Of a stretch of 64,000 bases of DNA, positions 1 to 9,991 are shown in pieces. The position numbers and the translations under genes were made by a program. The DNA is from Minisyncoccota bacterium (GTDB lineage Bacteria > Patescibacteriota > Minisyncoccia > Phycocordibacterales > UBA2100), in NCBI GenBank assembly GCA_022842645.1, contig JALHPE010000004.1:8557-72556 (forward strand), read 5' to 3'. The first letter of the stretch is position 1. Every line of letters starts with the position of its first letter. The notes beneath the pieces are model-generated. The model ran no database searches, was not told the DNA's origin, and saw only the letters and a list, made by a program, of their open reading frames with translations.

Positions 1-12
1 CATCGGCTAACC

Positions 13-1980
13 TTACAACCACTTCTCAAGTCGCTCAAGTGCGAGCCAAAATCCTTCACCTCCATTCTCGTGTCCTTGCCAGATCTCAGGAATGAATGAT
101 GCCTTTGGTGCAGCACGTTTTAGGTCGTAACCAAGCTGTTTGAAATCGATTGTTCCTTCACCAATCTGAAGCCCTTCTTCGCCAAGACCTGCCCCATCTG
201 CGATGTGAAGGTGCGTGGTGTACTTACCGAGTGCATTTACATATTCCGTGAGAGTTTTGCCAAGATGATTTGCTGCAAGATATGAATGTGATGTATCGAA
301 ACACACCCGATATCCATATGCTTCACAAAATTTCGCCGTTTCTTGGTCATCAACGAAAAGATTGTGGAACATTTGCCCACCAAGAAGCCAAGGATATGGG
401 GGCATGGTCTGGATCACAATCTCAACCCCCTCTGTATCGAGCATGCGTAGACTCTCTGCGACACGACGATACATATCTGCACGAGCGCTTTGTGGGAGCG
501 GACGCTCTCTTGTAAAACCCCCCGCATTTACTATAAGGAGCGGACGTGCAGTGCGCGGGAAAAATCGCTTCAGTGCACGAGTGTGGTCAATGCACCTTTG
601 CAGGTTACGCACCGATTCCGCACGATACCCTTCGTCGAGAGATGCGAGGTTGAGGATATGATCGTTCTCGAACGTCTCAACCCCATGCACAACAAGCTCG
701 ACGTCATATTGCCCTGAACACACCGATGCAGGATTGATTGCAAGATCCCGATAGCTCATGTGAAATTCAACGAGATCCGGCTTCGTCCGCACGATCATGT
801 CTTTAAAGTCGTGGAACCGCACGGGTACACCCCACGGACGCTCAAACCGATATTGCCGCGGAGCAAGTGTCCGATCGAGTAGATCACTCGCATGAAAGAC
901 ATCCCCCGCCTTGAGAGCCCGACGCGCTTTTTTACCTATAAGCTCAGGCTTGCGATGAGGCTGAAGACCTCGCCCAGGACTTTTAACGTCAAGCGCGTTC
1001 TCCGTGATCACCTCCCCTTCGTGAATATCGCGTGCGGCAACAATGCTTTTTGCAAGATTCGCACGATTCATGCGCTCACCCTGAGTCATACTCCGCACGC
1101 GCGATGAACCAAACGACGCCTCAACCTGACGAATCGCTTCGACTAGCTCTTTAAATTCGTGTGGAAGTAGCGACGCCTTGTGATCAGTTCCCTCCATGTC
1201 TCGATCAAGTGTGATGTGCTTCTCAATTATTTTTGCACCACGTGCAACTGCGGCAACGGCAACATAAATTCCACGCTCATGTCCCGAGTAACCGTAAAGC
1301 GCCGTTCCTAAACGATCCATGAGTTGCAATTGAATGTCCTGAAATGGTGTGGGGTAGGTCGAGTTGCAATGCATGAGAATGTACTTAACGCCCAATCGTC
1401 GAAGCAGGCGGTTTGCGGCAACTATTTCCTCCTGATCAGCCATGCCCGTTGATACGATCAGCGGCTTCTTAGTTTCAGCGAGCGCTTTGATGAGGTCGTG
1501 ATTGGTGAGATCTGGGGAACCAATTTTGTAGACTGCCATCCCGTACTCCTGCAATCTCTCTACACTTGCCGTATCAAATGGGGTGCAGAGCGGAAATAAT
1601 CCCTTCTCTTTTGCATAATCAAAAAGCGCGACCAATTCTTCGGGAGGAAGATGCACCTTGGAGAGAAGGTCGAGTGAATATTGTGTCGTGAGATTTTGTC
1701 GCGCATCACTTGCATCGCGCGATACATAGAGCGAATCCAGATCGCGCATTTGAAATTTCACTGCATCCACACCTGCCTCAGCGGCTTTATCAATAAGGGC
1801 GCGAGCGAGCTTAGGATCTCCGTTATGATTAATGCCAACTTCTGCGATGATGAATACGGGCTCATCTTTTCCCACGTAGCGTTTCCCGAGCTTGATACGC
1901 TCGTACCGCGGATACAATGCGAATCGTATCCGCCGAAAAAGACGTTTTGGTAAAGAAGAAAGTATGCGCAGGTATGTCAC
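13..1980 (-). CDS. neuB: N-acetylneuraminate (nonulosonate) synthase family protein with SAF domain and C-terminal xylose-isomerase-like TIM barrel
   Basis: FIIAEVGINHNGD, DAVKFQ, LMHCNSTYP, GYSGHE and IIEKHITLD NeuB motifs; SAF segment KSIVAARDI; C-terminal DTSH/HIAD/PEIWQGH barrel. Confidence 0.9.
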   Translation of the reverse strand: MTYLRILSSLPKRLFRRIRFALYPRYERIKLGKRYVGKDEPVFIIAEVGINHNGDPKLARALIDKAAEAGVDAVKFQMRDLDSLYVSRDASDARQNLTTQYSLDLLSKVHLPPEELVALFDYAKEKGLFPLCTPFDTASVERLQEYGMAVYKIGSPDLTNHDLIKALAETKKPLIVSTGMADQEEIVAANRLLRRLGVKYILMHCNSTYPTPFQDIQLQLMDRLGTALYGYSGHERGIYVAVAAVARGAKIIEKHITLDRDMEGTDHKASLLPHEFKELVEAIRQVEASFGSSRVRSMTQGERMNRANLAKSIVAARDIHEGEVITENALDVKSPGRGLQPHRKPELIGKKARRALKAGDVFHASDLLDRTLAPRQYRFERPWGVPVRFHDFKDMIVRTKPDLVEFHMSYRDLAINPASVCSGQYDVELVVHGVETFENDHILNLASLDEGYRAESVRNLQRCIDHTRALKRFFPRTARPLLIVNAGGFTRERPLPQSARADMYRRVAESLRMLDTEGVEIVIQTMPPYPWLLGGQMFHNLFVDDQETAKFCEAYGYRVCFDTSHSYLAANHLGKTLTEYVNALGKYTTHLHIADGAGLGEEGLQIGEGTIDFKQLGYDLKRAAPKASFIPEIWQGHENGGEGFWLALERLEKWL

Positions 1981-2011
1981 AGACCTACTCTATCGGAAAA
2001 AACACGTTGTG

Positions 2012-2575
2012 TCAGGCAGGTGGAAGCGTTGCTTCATCCAGACCTCGCGCGTCGAGAACACGCTCAGCAAATTCACGAATGGCGCCGTCGCCGCCAGAAG
2101 ACGAGAGCAGGAGGTCTGCTCGAACCTTCGCAACACGGCGCGCGTTTGAGGGACATACAAATAATCCCGTTTTCTGTGCACTCTCAACATCATCACGATC
2201 ATCACCGAAATAGACGCATGTGTTCCATGCGTACCCACGCGCGCTAAGCCAGTTTTCGATAGAAGACATATCCTTTCCACCCATAAACGACACTGGCTTC
2301 CATGCCCCTGAACGAACCGAGGGTAATGCGTTAATTTTCTCTACGATACTTTTCAGTGGCTCGGATTCTGTTGCAAGAAAGGCAACCTCAATTCCCATAG
2401 CACGCAAAAAAGAAAGCCCTTGCCCATCATGCAGATGCCGCTCTTTTCCTACGACGACCTCGCCTGAGGGTAACACCATCCGAATTTCTTCACCTGTAAA
2501 CCACACTCCGTCCACGTCGAGGAGGAGCACTGAGAATTCTTTTAGAAATGCTTCATGAGACATACTTACTCCCAT
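2012..2575 (-). CDS. KdsC-like HAD phosphatase (KDO-8-P/KDN-9-P phosphatase family)
   Basis: LLLDVDGV motif, DGQGL, YFGDDRDD, GGDGAIRE; sits between neuA and neuB. Confidence 0.8.
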   Translation of the reverse strand: MGVSMSHEAFLKEFSVLLLDVDGVWFTGEEIRMVLPSGEVVVGKERHLHDGQGLSFLRAMGIEVAFLATESEPLKSIVEKINALPSVRSGAWKPVSFMGGKDMSSIENWLSARGYAWNTCVYFGDDRDDVESAQKTGLFVCPSNARRVAKVRADLLLSSSGGDGAIREFAERVLDARGLDEATLPPA

Positions 2576-3324
2576 ACACGCTCGCCGCGCGCCTCGAGCT
2601 CTTTAATAATCAACTCTGCGTAGGTAAGGTCACGCGGGGAATCGATATCAACATCACGCCATTTGTCGAATTGAAGCGGTAGTATTTTCGAACCACTCAT
2701 GGAGCCATCACGAATCACGTGCGGTCGAATGACATCCACATACCCTGAATGTCGCCAAATAACAGGAAGTTTTTGGCGCGGCATGTTGTAGGGCTCTGCA
2801 TGCTCGGAGTAAAAATCGCGATATTCTTCGCGCAAGATCGGCTCAAGAAAGGGTGACTCATCGCGCAGACGATACATTTTGAACGGAGTATGATGTGGTT
2901 CACAGATGGAGCGTACCGACTCCGCTTCTGGATTTTTGAGAAGCAATTCAATCCCCGCATCGATGTGCGCTGCTTTCTTAAGGGGTGTTGTGGGTCGCAA
3001 ATGAACAACCACTTCGGGAACATAACCCTCGTTTTTTTCAAGCCATTCAAGTGCATGCTGAAACACCGGAAGATCAAGTGTGTCATCCTGTGCAAGCTCT
3101 TTCGGACGCATGAATGGCACTTCAACACCAAGAGCCCGAGCTGTCTCCGCCATTTCTTCGTCGTCAGTTGAAATAATGAGGCGTGTTATATGTTTTGCAC
3201 CTTGTGCGGCTTTAACAGTGTAAAAAAGAAGTGGATTCCCCGCGCACGGCGCGATACTTTTTTTTGGGATAGATTTCGAGCCGCCACGAGCAACGATGAC
3301 GGCAAGTACGTGTGGTTTTTCCAT
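2566..3324 (-). CDS. neuA: Acylneuraminate cytidylyltransferase (CMP-nonulosonate synthetase)
   Basis: ARGGSKSIPKK, FMRPKELAQD, LRPTTP, DID motifs. Confidence 0.9.
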   Translation of the reverse strand: MEKPHVLAVIVARGGSKSIPKKSIAPCAGNPLLFYTVKAAQGAKHITRLIISTDDEEMAETARALGVEVPFMRPKELAQDDTLDLPVFQHALEWLEKNEGYVPEVVVHLRPTTPLKKAAHIDAGIELLLKNPEAESVRSICEPHHTPFKMYRLRDESPFLEPILREEYRDFYSEHAEPYNMPRQKLPVIWRHSGYVDVIRPHVIRDGSMSGSKILPLQFDKWRDVDIDSPRDLTYAELIIKELEARGERVWE

Positions 3325-3423
3325 GCGTCCATCATAAACCCGCTCAATGGTTATGATACTTGTGTTATATATATATATTGTGGTATAATTTTCTCTAGAG
3401 GCAACAGATGGAAAGGTCCTGCT

Positions 3424-4413
3424 ATGGAACTGCTTGCAATAGCCCTCACCCTCGTCGCCGTCTTAGCGATGACGGCCGAAACGCTCTACCGGAAACACTT
3501 GCTCGTGCAAGGTTTTACCGAGCGTGAACTCCTCGTTACCAAGTGTGGCGTTGCCGCGCTTTGGTGCGTGATTTGGCTGGCGCTTGCCGGAGAGTGGTGG
3601 AACTCGCTCGCACCAGAAAAGACTGATGCACGTATGTGGTGGATTGCGCTTGTCGCGACGACACTCGCAAACATCGTGATCCAATTCGCAAACATGCGCG
3701 CAACGCGGCTTGCGGAAGTATCGTTCGTAGTGCCGATTAGTGCACTCACACCTGGACTCGTCGTACTCTCGGGATTTCTCATAGGAGAAATACCGAGCAT
3801 GATTGGGCTTCTTGGCATCGCACTCATCGTTCTCGGTACCTACGCGCATGCGCGCGAAGGTGCAACGCTGCGGGAATATTTCACTCCCCTCTTTTTCTGG
3901 CTTGCGTTCCGCAAAACGGACGAATTGCCGGAAAAGGAACGCGATCGTTTTCGCGCTCTGCGGTGGGCATACGCCGGCGCACTTTGTGCAACGGTCGGCC
4001 TCATGGGCGATGGACTCGTCGCGCGGCATGGTGACATGATCCTTGCCGTTGCTATTGAGCTCTCGGTTCTCGCGCTTGTATATGCACTGTTTCTACCGCG
4101 AAGCGGAGGATCGGTGTTCAACCTGCGGCGATGGGGACAGAGTGCGATTCTCGGGTGCTTGTTCGCAGTGCCGTTTCTGGCACTCGGTCTTGCATTCCGA
4201 CTCGCGCCCATCTCCTACATCGGAAGCTTGAAACGCCTTGCAATTGTTCTCACGGTTCTTGGCGGCATCTGGCTTCTGAAAGAAGCGTCCGGTGCGAGGC
4301 GCATCTTCCTCGCACTCGTGATCGTTTCGGGAGCTATGCTCTTGGTGCTTGATCCGACACAGGCGGTCGTGCTCGATTCACTCGATGCATACATTGCACG
4401 ACTTGTGTATTAA
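3424..4413 (+). CDS. EamA/DMT-family transporter
   Basis: About 10 hydrophobic segments in two repeats (LIGE...GLLGIALIVLG; IWLLKE); start moved to ATG 3424, downstream of TATAAT at 3384-3389. Confidence 0.75.
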   Translation: MELLAIALTLVAVLAMTAETLYRKHLLVQGFTERELLVTKCGVAALWCVIWLALAGEWWNSLAPEKTDARMWWIALVATTLANIVIQFANMRATRLAEVSFVVPISALTPGLVVLSGFLIGEIPSMIGLLGIALIVLGTYAHAREGATLREYFTPLFFWLAFRKTDELPEKERDRFRALRWAYAGALCATVGLMGDGLVARHGDMILAVAIELSVLALVYALFLPRSGGSVFNLRRWGQSAILGCLFAVPFLALGLAFRLAPISYIGSLKRLAIVLTVLGGIWLLKEASGARRIFLALVIVSGAMLLVLDPTQAVVLDSLDAYIARLVY

Positions 4414-4424
4414 GAAGAAAGGCA

Positions 4425-4451
4425 AAAGGCGATCCTCACGGGTCGCCTTTT
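4425..4451. terminator. Bidirectional intrinsic terminator
   Basis: aaaaggcgatcc-tcac-gggtcgcctttt hairpin between convergent genes. Confidence 0.7.
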
Positions 4452-4458
4452 TATATGA

Positions 4459-5454
4459 CTAGTGGGTTGTATCCCGCCCAAACTGCTCCACAAGCGACAT
4501 ATTGTTTTTGTACCACTCAAATGTTTTTTGTAATCCGTCTTTTAAGGGGAAGCGATAGTGCCAATTCACAACATTCTTGGACTTCTCCATCGAGAGATGT
4601 TCAAGGTCATGTCGAGTGGTGGCCGCTGTTCCAATCACTTTCGGTTCAATCGCCTGTCCAGAGACTTCAATGATCGTTTTCACAAGCTCGAGCACACTTA
4701 CCGATTCACAGGTGATATTAAATGCTTCACCGCGAACCCCATCGTGATGGGCTTCTTCTGCAAGGCGAATATACCCCTCAACCGTATCCTCAACATAGAG
4801 ATATGCTTTAGTGGGTGTACCGTCTGATTTTATTACTGGCTGCTCCCCCTTTAACAGAGAAAGGATTGTTGAGGTGACAACATGTGTGAGGTGGTAGTCT
4901 CCCCCACCGTAGGTGTTCGTCTGCCGACACGCCACCGCATTCATCTTCAAGGTTTTGCCGTATGAGCGGACGATGACATCGGTGCATACTTTTGAAGCTG
5001 CATACGGGTGGTCACCATTAAGCGGAGCATCTTCGGTCGTCGGAAACTGCGTCTGCTCGCCGTAAACTGTGTTCGATGATGAGGCAACAATCCGATCAAC
5101 GCCAGTTGCACGAGCTGCTTCGAGCACCGTCCATGTGCCACGCGCGTTCACATCAAATGTGTGCGAAGCGGCTGCCTCTCCAACCTCAATCATCGATTGT
5201 CCTGCAAGATGGAAGCAGACACTGACCCCGTGCGTTTTGAACGCAGTCTCAAGTGCAGGCTGATCAAGAATACTCCCCTTAATAAAGGTGATTTTCTCGG
5301 CAAGCCCGGGATGAAGCGGAAGCGCGCCAGTCTCGCTCAAGTCAAAGCCAATCACTTTTGCACCCCGCTCCAAAAGTTTCTCAGCGAGCCAACAACCGAT
5401 AAACCCGGTAAGCCCAGTAATGAGCACTGTTTTGTCTTTCCAAAAATCATTCAT
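4459..5454 (-). CDS. NDP-sugar 4,6-dehydratase/epimerase (CDP-glucose 4,6-dehydratase-like extended SDR)
   Basis: FWKDKTVLITGLTGFIG and YAASK motifs. Confidence 0.8.
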   Translation of the reverse strand: MNDFWKDKTVLITGLTGFIGCWLAEKLLERGAKVIGFDLSETGALPLHPGLAEKITFIKGSILDQPALETAFKTHGVSVCFHLAGQSMIEVGEAAASHTFDVNARGTWTVLEAARATGVDRIVASSSNTVYGEQTQFPTTEDAPLNGDHPYAASKVCTDVIVRSYGKTLKMNAVACRQTNTYGGGDYHLTHVVTSTILSLLKGEQPVIKSDGTPTKAYLYVEDTVEGYIRLAEEAHHDGVRGEAFNITCESVSVLELVKTIIEVSGQAIEPKVIGTAATTRHDLEHLSMEKSKNVVNWHYRFPLKDGLQKTFEWYKNNMSLVEQFGRDTTH

Positions 5455-5495
5455 AGCAATCAGCCGATTATATGTGGAGAGTCTGAAAACACCAA

Positions 5496-6290
5496 CTACC
5501 GCGCACGTTTACGCAGATGATACACTCCCGTGACCCCGCCATGCGGTGTTGAGCGTTCAAAGGGTACGACATGTGTCTCAATCCAATCGATATAGTCTGC
5601 AATCCGCTCTGGATGATTGGGGAGCTTTGAATCGCGCAGCACGTTTGGGATACGGCGCCGGAAATCCTCAACTAATCGCATGCCATGTCCCCAATCATGA
5701 TCAACGGTTTTCCACGAGAGTGTCATGCCGAGTTTCTTCGCCCATGCAGTGAACTCGACTGGAGAAAGGTAGTGGATGTCAGCGAGCGTAATTTTTGCAT
5801 GAAAAAGGCGCCAGAGCGTCTGTAACATATATCCGCGGGGGTTGAGCCAGTTGGGGCATGTGAGAAGGAGTGAGCCGCCCTTTTTCACATGGCGACTAAG
5901 GGTGCGTAACACGGTGAAGGGATTGTCGGTATGCTCAAGAGTACCCATCGAAATGACGACATCAAACAGGCCTTGCACACGCGCAAGATCCATTACTTCG
6001 TAGGAAAGGTTTGGGTGTTTATATTTACCGCGGGCAACCACAATCGCTTCAGGTGAATAATCTATCGCGAGCACGTGAGCACCTTTCTTTGCAATTCGAT
6101 ATGCAACTTCTCCTGTGCCACATCCAACATCAAGAACCACCTTCCCCTTCCAGGACGTCTCAGCAAGAATTGCTTTCTTATCATTAGTTAACCCTCCTTT
6201 TGAAAAGATAAGGCGTGTATAGTGCGCATCCTCGCCTTTTTTGTACGCAGCATTATATATTTTTTTAACACTCTTATTGGTACGGGTCAT
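5496..6290 (-). CDS. Class I SAM-dependent methyltransferase
   Basis: VLDVGCGTG, FDVVIS..TLEH. Confidence 0.85.
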   Translation of the reverse strand: MTRTNKSVKKIYNAAYKKGEDAHYTRLIFSKGGLTNDKKAILAETSWKGKVVLDVGCGTGEVAYRIAKKGAHVLAIDYSPEAIVVARGKYKHPNLSYEVMDLARVQGLFDVVISMGTLEHTDNPFTVLRTLSRHVKKGGSLLLTCPNWLNPRGYMLQTLWRLFHAKITLADIHYLSPVEFTAWAKKLGMTLSWKTVDHDWGHGMRLVEDFRRRIPNVLRDSKLPNHPERIADYIDWIETHVVPFERSTPHGGVTGVYHLRKRAR

Positions 6291-7633
6291 GATGATTTTT
6301 GTATTATGTGTTCAGCTACTCGACGACCCGACTCCCCTATCTGCCCAACGAGTTTCTGAATTATGTTCTTTCTACCTAACCCATGCAAGGAGGGGTTGGT
6401 GAGGTACTGCTGCACATACTCAATCAATTCTCCGGCGCTGCGCGCCACGGTCATGCCCCCGGAATCGACCAGTGGTCGCATGTGATCATACGTATAGTAT
6501 CGTATACACGATAATTCTGGTGGGAGTGCCGCGTTTCCATCGAATCCTATGGATATAAGCGGCACATCAAAAATTGCACCTTCGATATTGAGGGTCGAGA
6601 CCGTGCTCACCAGTACGTCGGCATGAGCAAGCGAGTTTGCCAAGTGCACAATATCAGCATCGTTAAACTCCCATGAAATTAAGCTCCCTGAAACTTTCGT
6701 ACCCGGGCGATCGATAGAGACAAACGGTCGCCGAGGTACACGCGAACTATCAAATGCATATTTAGGATGAGGCCGCACAAGGATATGTACCTTGGGAAAA
6801 CTGGCATCTTGGTCGATATGCGCAATGAGTTGTGTGAGTACTTCTTCATCGTGTGGCGCCAGTTGGTGTCCCGCAGCAGCATAGAGCACAATCTTGTGAC
6901 GAGGATCAATGCCAAGTCCGGCACAAAAATCTTGACGAGTGTGTATAACGCTTTTTGTGGAGTAAATGTCAAATTGAGGAAACCCTACCACCTCCACCTT
7001 CTCACGCGGATATCCAAAGAGTCCGATAACTTCTTCTTTCATGAGCGCGTTCTGCACCATCATCCAGTCAGGAAAGATATTGAAGAATGTTTTTGAAGTA
7101 AGATTATCCCAACTTTTCGGCATCCCAATACTCACGACGCCGTGACGACGCGCACTCTTGATGAGACGAAAATCTTCTTCCGAAATCATATTCGGCACAA
7201 ACACCGCGCCTGGTGAATAACGAGCAAAAAATAAATCGAATGATCTATCGGGCGCGCATGTGTATATCCACCGCATGATGACATGTACAAGCCTGAATTG
7301 ACCTGCATACCAGGCTAGCACCCGAAGCCAGTATTTCAGACGCCCCCCACTGTTTGCAAAGCTGAAATTTATTTTTGCTCGCACGGTGTGCGTATGCAAC
7401 ATACTTAACGCAAGCACATTGAACATGCGCTCAAACCGCGGCGAGGTCGCCTTTGGAATCACCTCAACACACACCGTATCACTTGCATACAAACGCTTAT
7501 AGTATTCACATTTCTCTTCTGAAACGAAAAGTACAAGGTTAAAACGGTTCTTCAAGATCGTGAAAATATCCGTGCGCAACACATTCTTCGCTATTGCACC
7601 GTCGTATATAGTAATGAAGAGTGTTTTTCTCAT
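6287..7633 (-). CDS. GT-B glycosyltransferase, CDP-glycerol glycerophosphotransferase-like (candidate nonulosonate transferase)
   Basis: SWDNL, VVGFPQFD, VRPHP, ST..IE motifs; adjacent to flippase and neu genes. Confidence 0.6.
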   Translation of the reverse strand: MRKTLFITIYDGAIAKNVLRTDIFTILKNRFNLVLFVSEEKCEYYKRLYASDTVCVEVIPKATSPRFERMFNVLALSMLHTHTVRAKINFSFANSGGRLKYWLRVLAWYAGQFRLVHVIMRWIYTCAPDRSFDLFFARYSPGAVFVPNMISEEDFRLIKSARRHGVVSIGMPKSWDNLTSKTFFNIFPDWMMVQNALMKEEVIGLFGYPREKVEVVGFPQFDIYSTKSVIHTRQDFCAGLGIDPRHKIVLYAAAGHQLAPHDEEVLTQLIAHIDQDASFPKVHILVRPHPKYAFDSSRVPRRPFVSIDRPGTKVSGSLISWEFNDADIVHLANSLAHADVLVSTVSTLNIEGAIFDVPLISIGFDGNAALPPELSCIRYYTYDHMRPLVDSGGMTVARSAGELIEYVQQYLTNPSLHGLGRKNIIQKLVGQIGESGRRVAEHIIQKSS

Positions 7634-7651
7634 AGTGAAAACACTATACTC

Positions 7652-9058
7652 CTATCGCATCGGTGCCCAGAGACGTTGTTTGATACGAGAGATGAGCATT
7701 TTGTCATATTCGTCATAACTCACTATATCGCGAATACTAATGGTGAACGTCGGATACAGTTTTCGCAAAGCACGGTATCGTTCGAGCGTAAAAAGGACGG
7801 CAGTGGCTATGTACTCACAGACAACTCCATAAATTCCGAACAGTGGCATGAGCGCACCACCTAATACCCCTACGAGGACAAACCGAACGAGCTGTGAAAA
7901 GAACAGATTCCGCTGGGCTTTGCGTATATAAAACATTGTTTGGAATACCGTATTTATACTTGATGGTATAAGAGAGAAAACAATAAGCGCAAACACAGGC
8001 AACATGGCACCATAGTGAGGGAAGAACGTATTAATAAGCATTGGTACCCCTACAAAACCCAGAAGTATCAGTAGCACGGCGAGTATGAACTGATACTTCA
8101 TTGTTTTATCAATAATCTTGAAAAACAGAGTCTCGTTCCGCACATAACGAGGAAGAATGGGGGCAACGACAGAATTGATAGTCAAAAACGATGAGAGTTG
8201 CCCCACGACCCCCTGTGCCACCGCAAATAACGCAACAGCCTCTGTTCCAACAAAGATTTTTATGAGCCAAAGCCGGAAACTTCGAGTAACCGAATCAAGA
8301 TAGTTAGAGACGAGCGTCCACATATTGTGACCAAAGAAAAAACGATGTAAAGCGAGTCTTCCTTCAACGGGATGTGAACGAAGCATACGCACCCATCGCA
8401 CCGTACGGGGAGAAAGCGCTACAATCGACGCTACCTGGGCAAACACATACGACCACAACACCGCCGCAATACTCATGCTATCCAAAAACAGGGCGCTCAC
8501 AAGGAACACAAGCTTGAACGCCTCCTGTAAAAATGTAAATACTGCGATCATGGAAAGATCGAGATAGACGTTATATAAGATTCGCATCACAATCGCACAA
8601 GGTGCGGAGAGAAATAAAAATGACAATATAACAAAATATGAACCAATCTCTTCAGTAAAGAAGATCTTCATGAGATTGGATCCGAAGAAGAGCAGTGCCC
8701 AACCCGCGAGCGAACAGAGTGAGAGGAGAAGAAAGAAATCGACAAACAGGCGCCGCGCCGCGCCCGCGCGCCCGCGCCCATACTCAACACCCATATCTGC
8801 AGTTACTGTCTTTTCCAAACCTGCAAGTTGGAAAATACTAAGCGCCCCCACAACTGAAAGCGCGAGTTCAGTAACGCCATACGCGTACGGAGTCAATCCC
8901 GCAAGAACTATGATGCTATTGGTTAATGCAACGCACTTCGTGAATCCATTTGAAACAAAAAAAGAGAGCCCCCCACGCTCTATAAGCGAACGCATATGTG
9001 CAGGTGGCTGTTCTAGGTGTTGACTTGGATTTTGCACCATTACGGGCGATGGTACCAT
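7652..9058 (-). CDS. Wzx-type oligosaccharide flippase
   Basis: About 12 hydrophobic segments, L.P.AYG early motif, position in glycan locus. Confidence 0.75.
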   Translation of the reverse strand: MVPSPVMVQNPSQHLEQPPAHMRSLIERGGLSFFVSNGFTKCVALTNSIIVLAGLTPYAYGVTELALSVVGALSIFQLAGLEKTVTADMGVEYGRGRAGAARRLFVDFFLLLSLCSLAGWALLFFGSNLMKIFFTEEIGSYFVILSFLFLSAPCAIVMRILYNVYLDLSMIAVFTFLQEAFKLVFLVSALFLDSMSIAAVLWSYVFAQVASIVALSPRTVRWVRMLRSHPVEGRLALHRFFFGHNMWTLVSNYLDSVTRSFRLWLIKIFVGTEAVALFAVAQGVVGQLSSFLTINSVVAPILPRYVRNETLFFKIIDKTMKYQFILAVLLILLGFVGVPMLINTFFPHYGAMLPVFALIVFSLIPSSINTVFQTMFYIRKAQRNLFFSQLVRFVLVGVLGGALMPLFGIYGVVCEYIATAVLFTLERYRALRKLYPTFTISIRDIVSYDEYDKMLISRIKQRLWAPMR

Positions 9059-9090
9059 GAAGAAATAGTCGATGATATAATGTGAAATCT

Positions 9091-9990
9091 ATGCACGAAT
9101 CAACAGTCTCATCCTTCAGCCCCTACCAATTACTCTTGCGAGCGTATTTTTCAGTTAGGAATTCATGGCCGATATGGTACGGCGTGCTTAATCGTGGGGC
9201 GCGTACACAATTTGCACAACACACACCATCTCTCAACACTATACAAACGACTATCTTGCAAAACCTTGAGCGCGACGGTATTGCCTTCACCTCCCTTGAG
9301 CAACTATTCCCGGGGCAACAGGCACTCGAAACGCTACAACACTACACCACAACTTTGGAAGAACGCGGCGCTGCAAACACCAAGAAAGAATTTTTGTTGC
9401 CCTACTGGGAACTTTCACCTCACCTTGATACAACAAACCCCTTTCTCACATACTCCCTTTCTCCAATCGTCCTCGATATTGTGAATTCATACGACCGTAT
9501 GTGGCGCCGTCTTAATTACTACTCGCTCGCAAAAACTGTCCCCATAGGAGAAAAAGCGCCGCAGTTCTCGCAGCGATGGCATCGTGATAACGAAGAGAAA
9601 CGCATGGTGAAATTCTTTATTTATTTGAACGATGTTGACTCTGAAGCCGGACCCTTTACCTACGTAAAAGGATCTCAATTCAAGGGCGCGAAGTACGGTA
9701 CACTCTTCCCACAAAAACTACCCTTGGGCGTTTACCCCCCATCAGGAGCAGTCGAAAAAGCGGTACAAGCGGAGGACATTATCAAAGCGACGGGCACAGC
9801 GGGAACTGTTATTTTCTGCGATACTGCCGGTCTCCACCGAGGAGGGCATGCAATCAGTAAGCATCGTATTATGTTTACCGCTTTCTACCCTTCTAGTTGG
9901 TGGACGGAATCTCCACGATATGTCATGACTGAGGAGGTACAAAAGAGCCCGCTCTCGGAAGAGGCGCGGTACGCACTTTTTTTAAAGTGA
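9091..9990 (+). CDS. Fe(II)/2-oxoglutarate dioxygenase, PhyH-like
   Basis: WHRD, GPFTYVKGS, AGTVIFCD...LHRG (HxD...H triad). Confidence 0.75.
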   Translation: MHESTVSSFSPYQLLLRAYFSVRNSWPIWYGVLNRGARTQFAQHTPSLNTIQTTILQNLERDGIAFTSLEQLFPGQQALETLQHYTTTLEERGAANTKKEFLLPYWELSPHLDTTNPFLTYSLSPIVLDIVNSYDRMWRRLNYYSLAKTVPIGEKAPQFSQRWHRDNEEKRMVKFFIYLNDVDSEAGPFTYVKGSQFKGAKYGTLFPQKLPLGVYPPSGAVEKAVQAEDIIKATGTAGTVIFCDTAGLHRGGHAISKHRIMFTAFYPSSWWTESPRYVMTEEVQKSPLSEEARYALFLK

Positions 9991-9991
9991 G

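Noticed and set aside
3190-3423. Long N-terminal extensions in the ORF track (e.g. 3190, 15880, 21786, 34340, 38816, 41838, 43190)
   Set aside because: They overlap neighbouring genes, and downstream ATGs fit domain starts and promoter spacing better.
8750-8780. GC-only run cgccgcgccgcgcccgcgcgcccgcgccc
   Set aside because: It encodes GRGRAGAARR in a flippase loop, with no second copy or clear structure.
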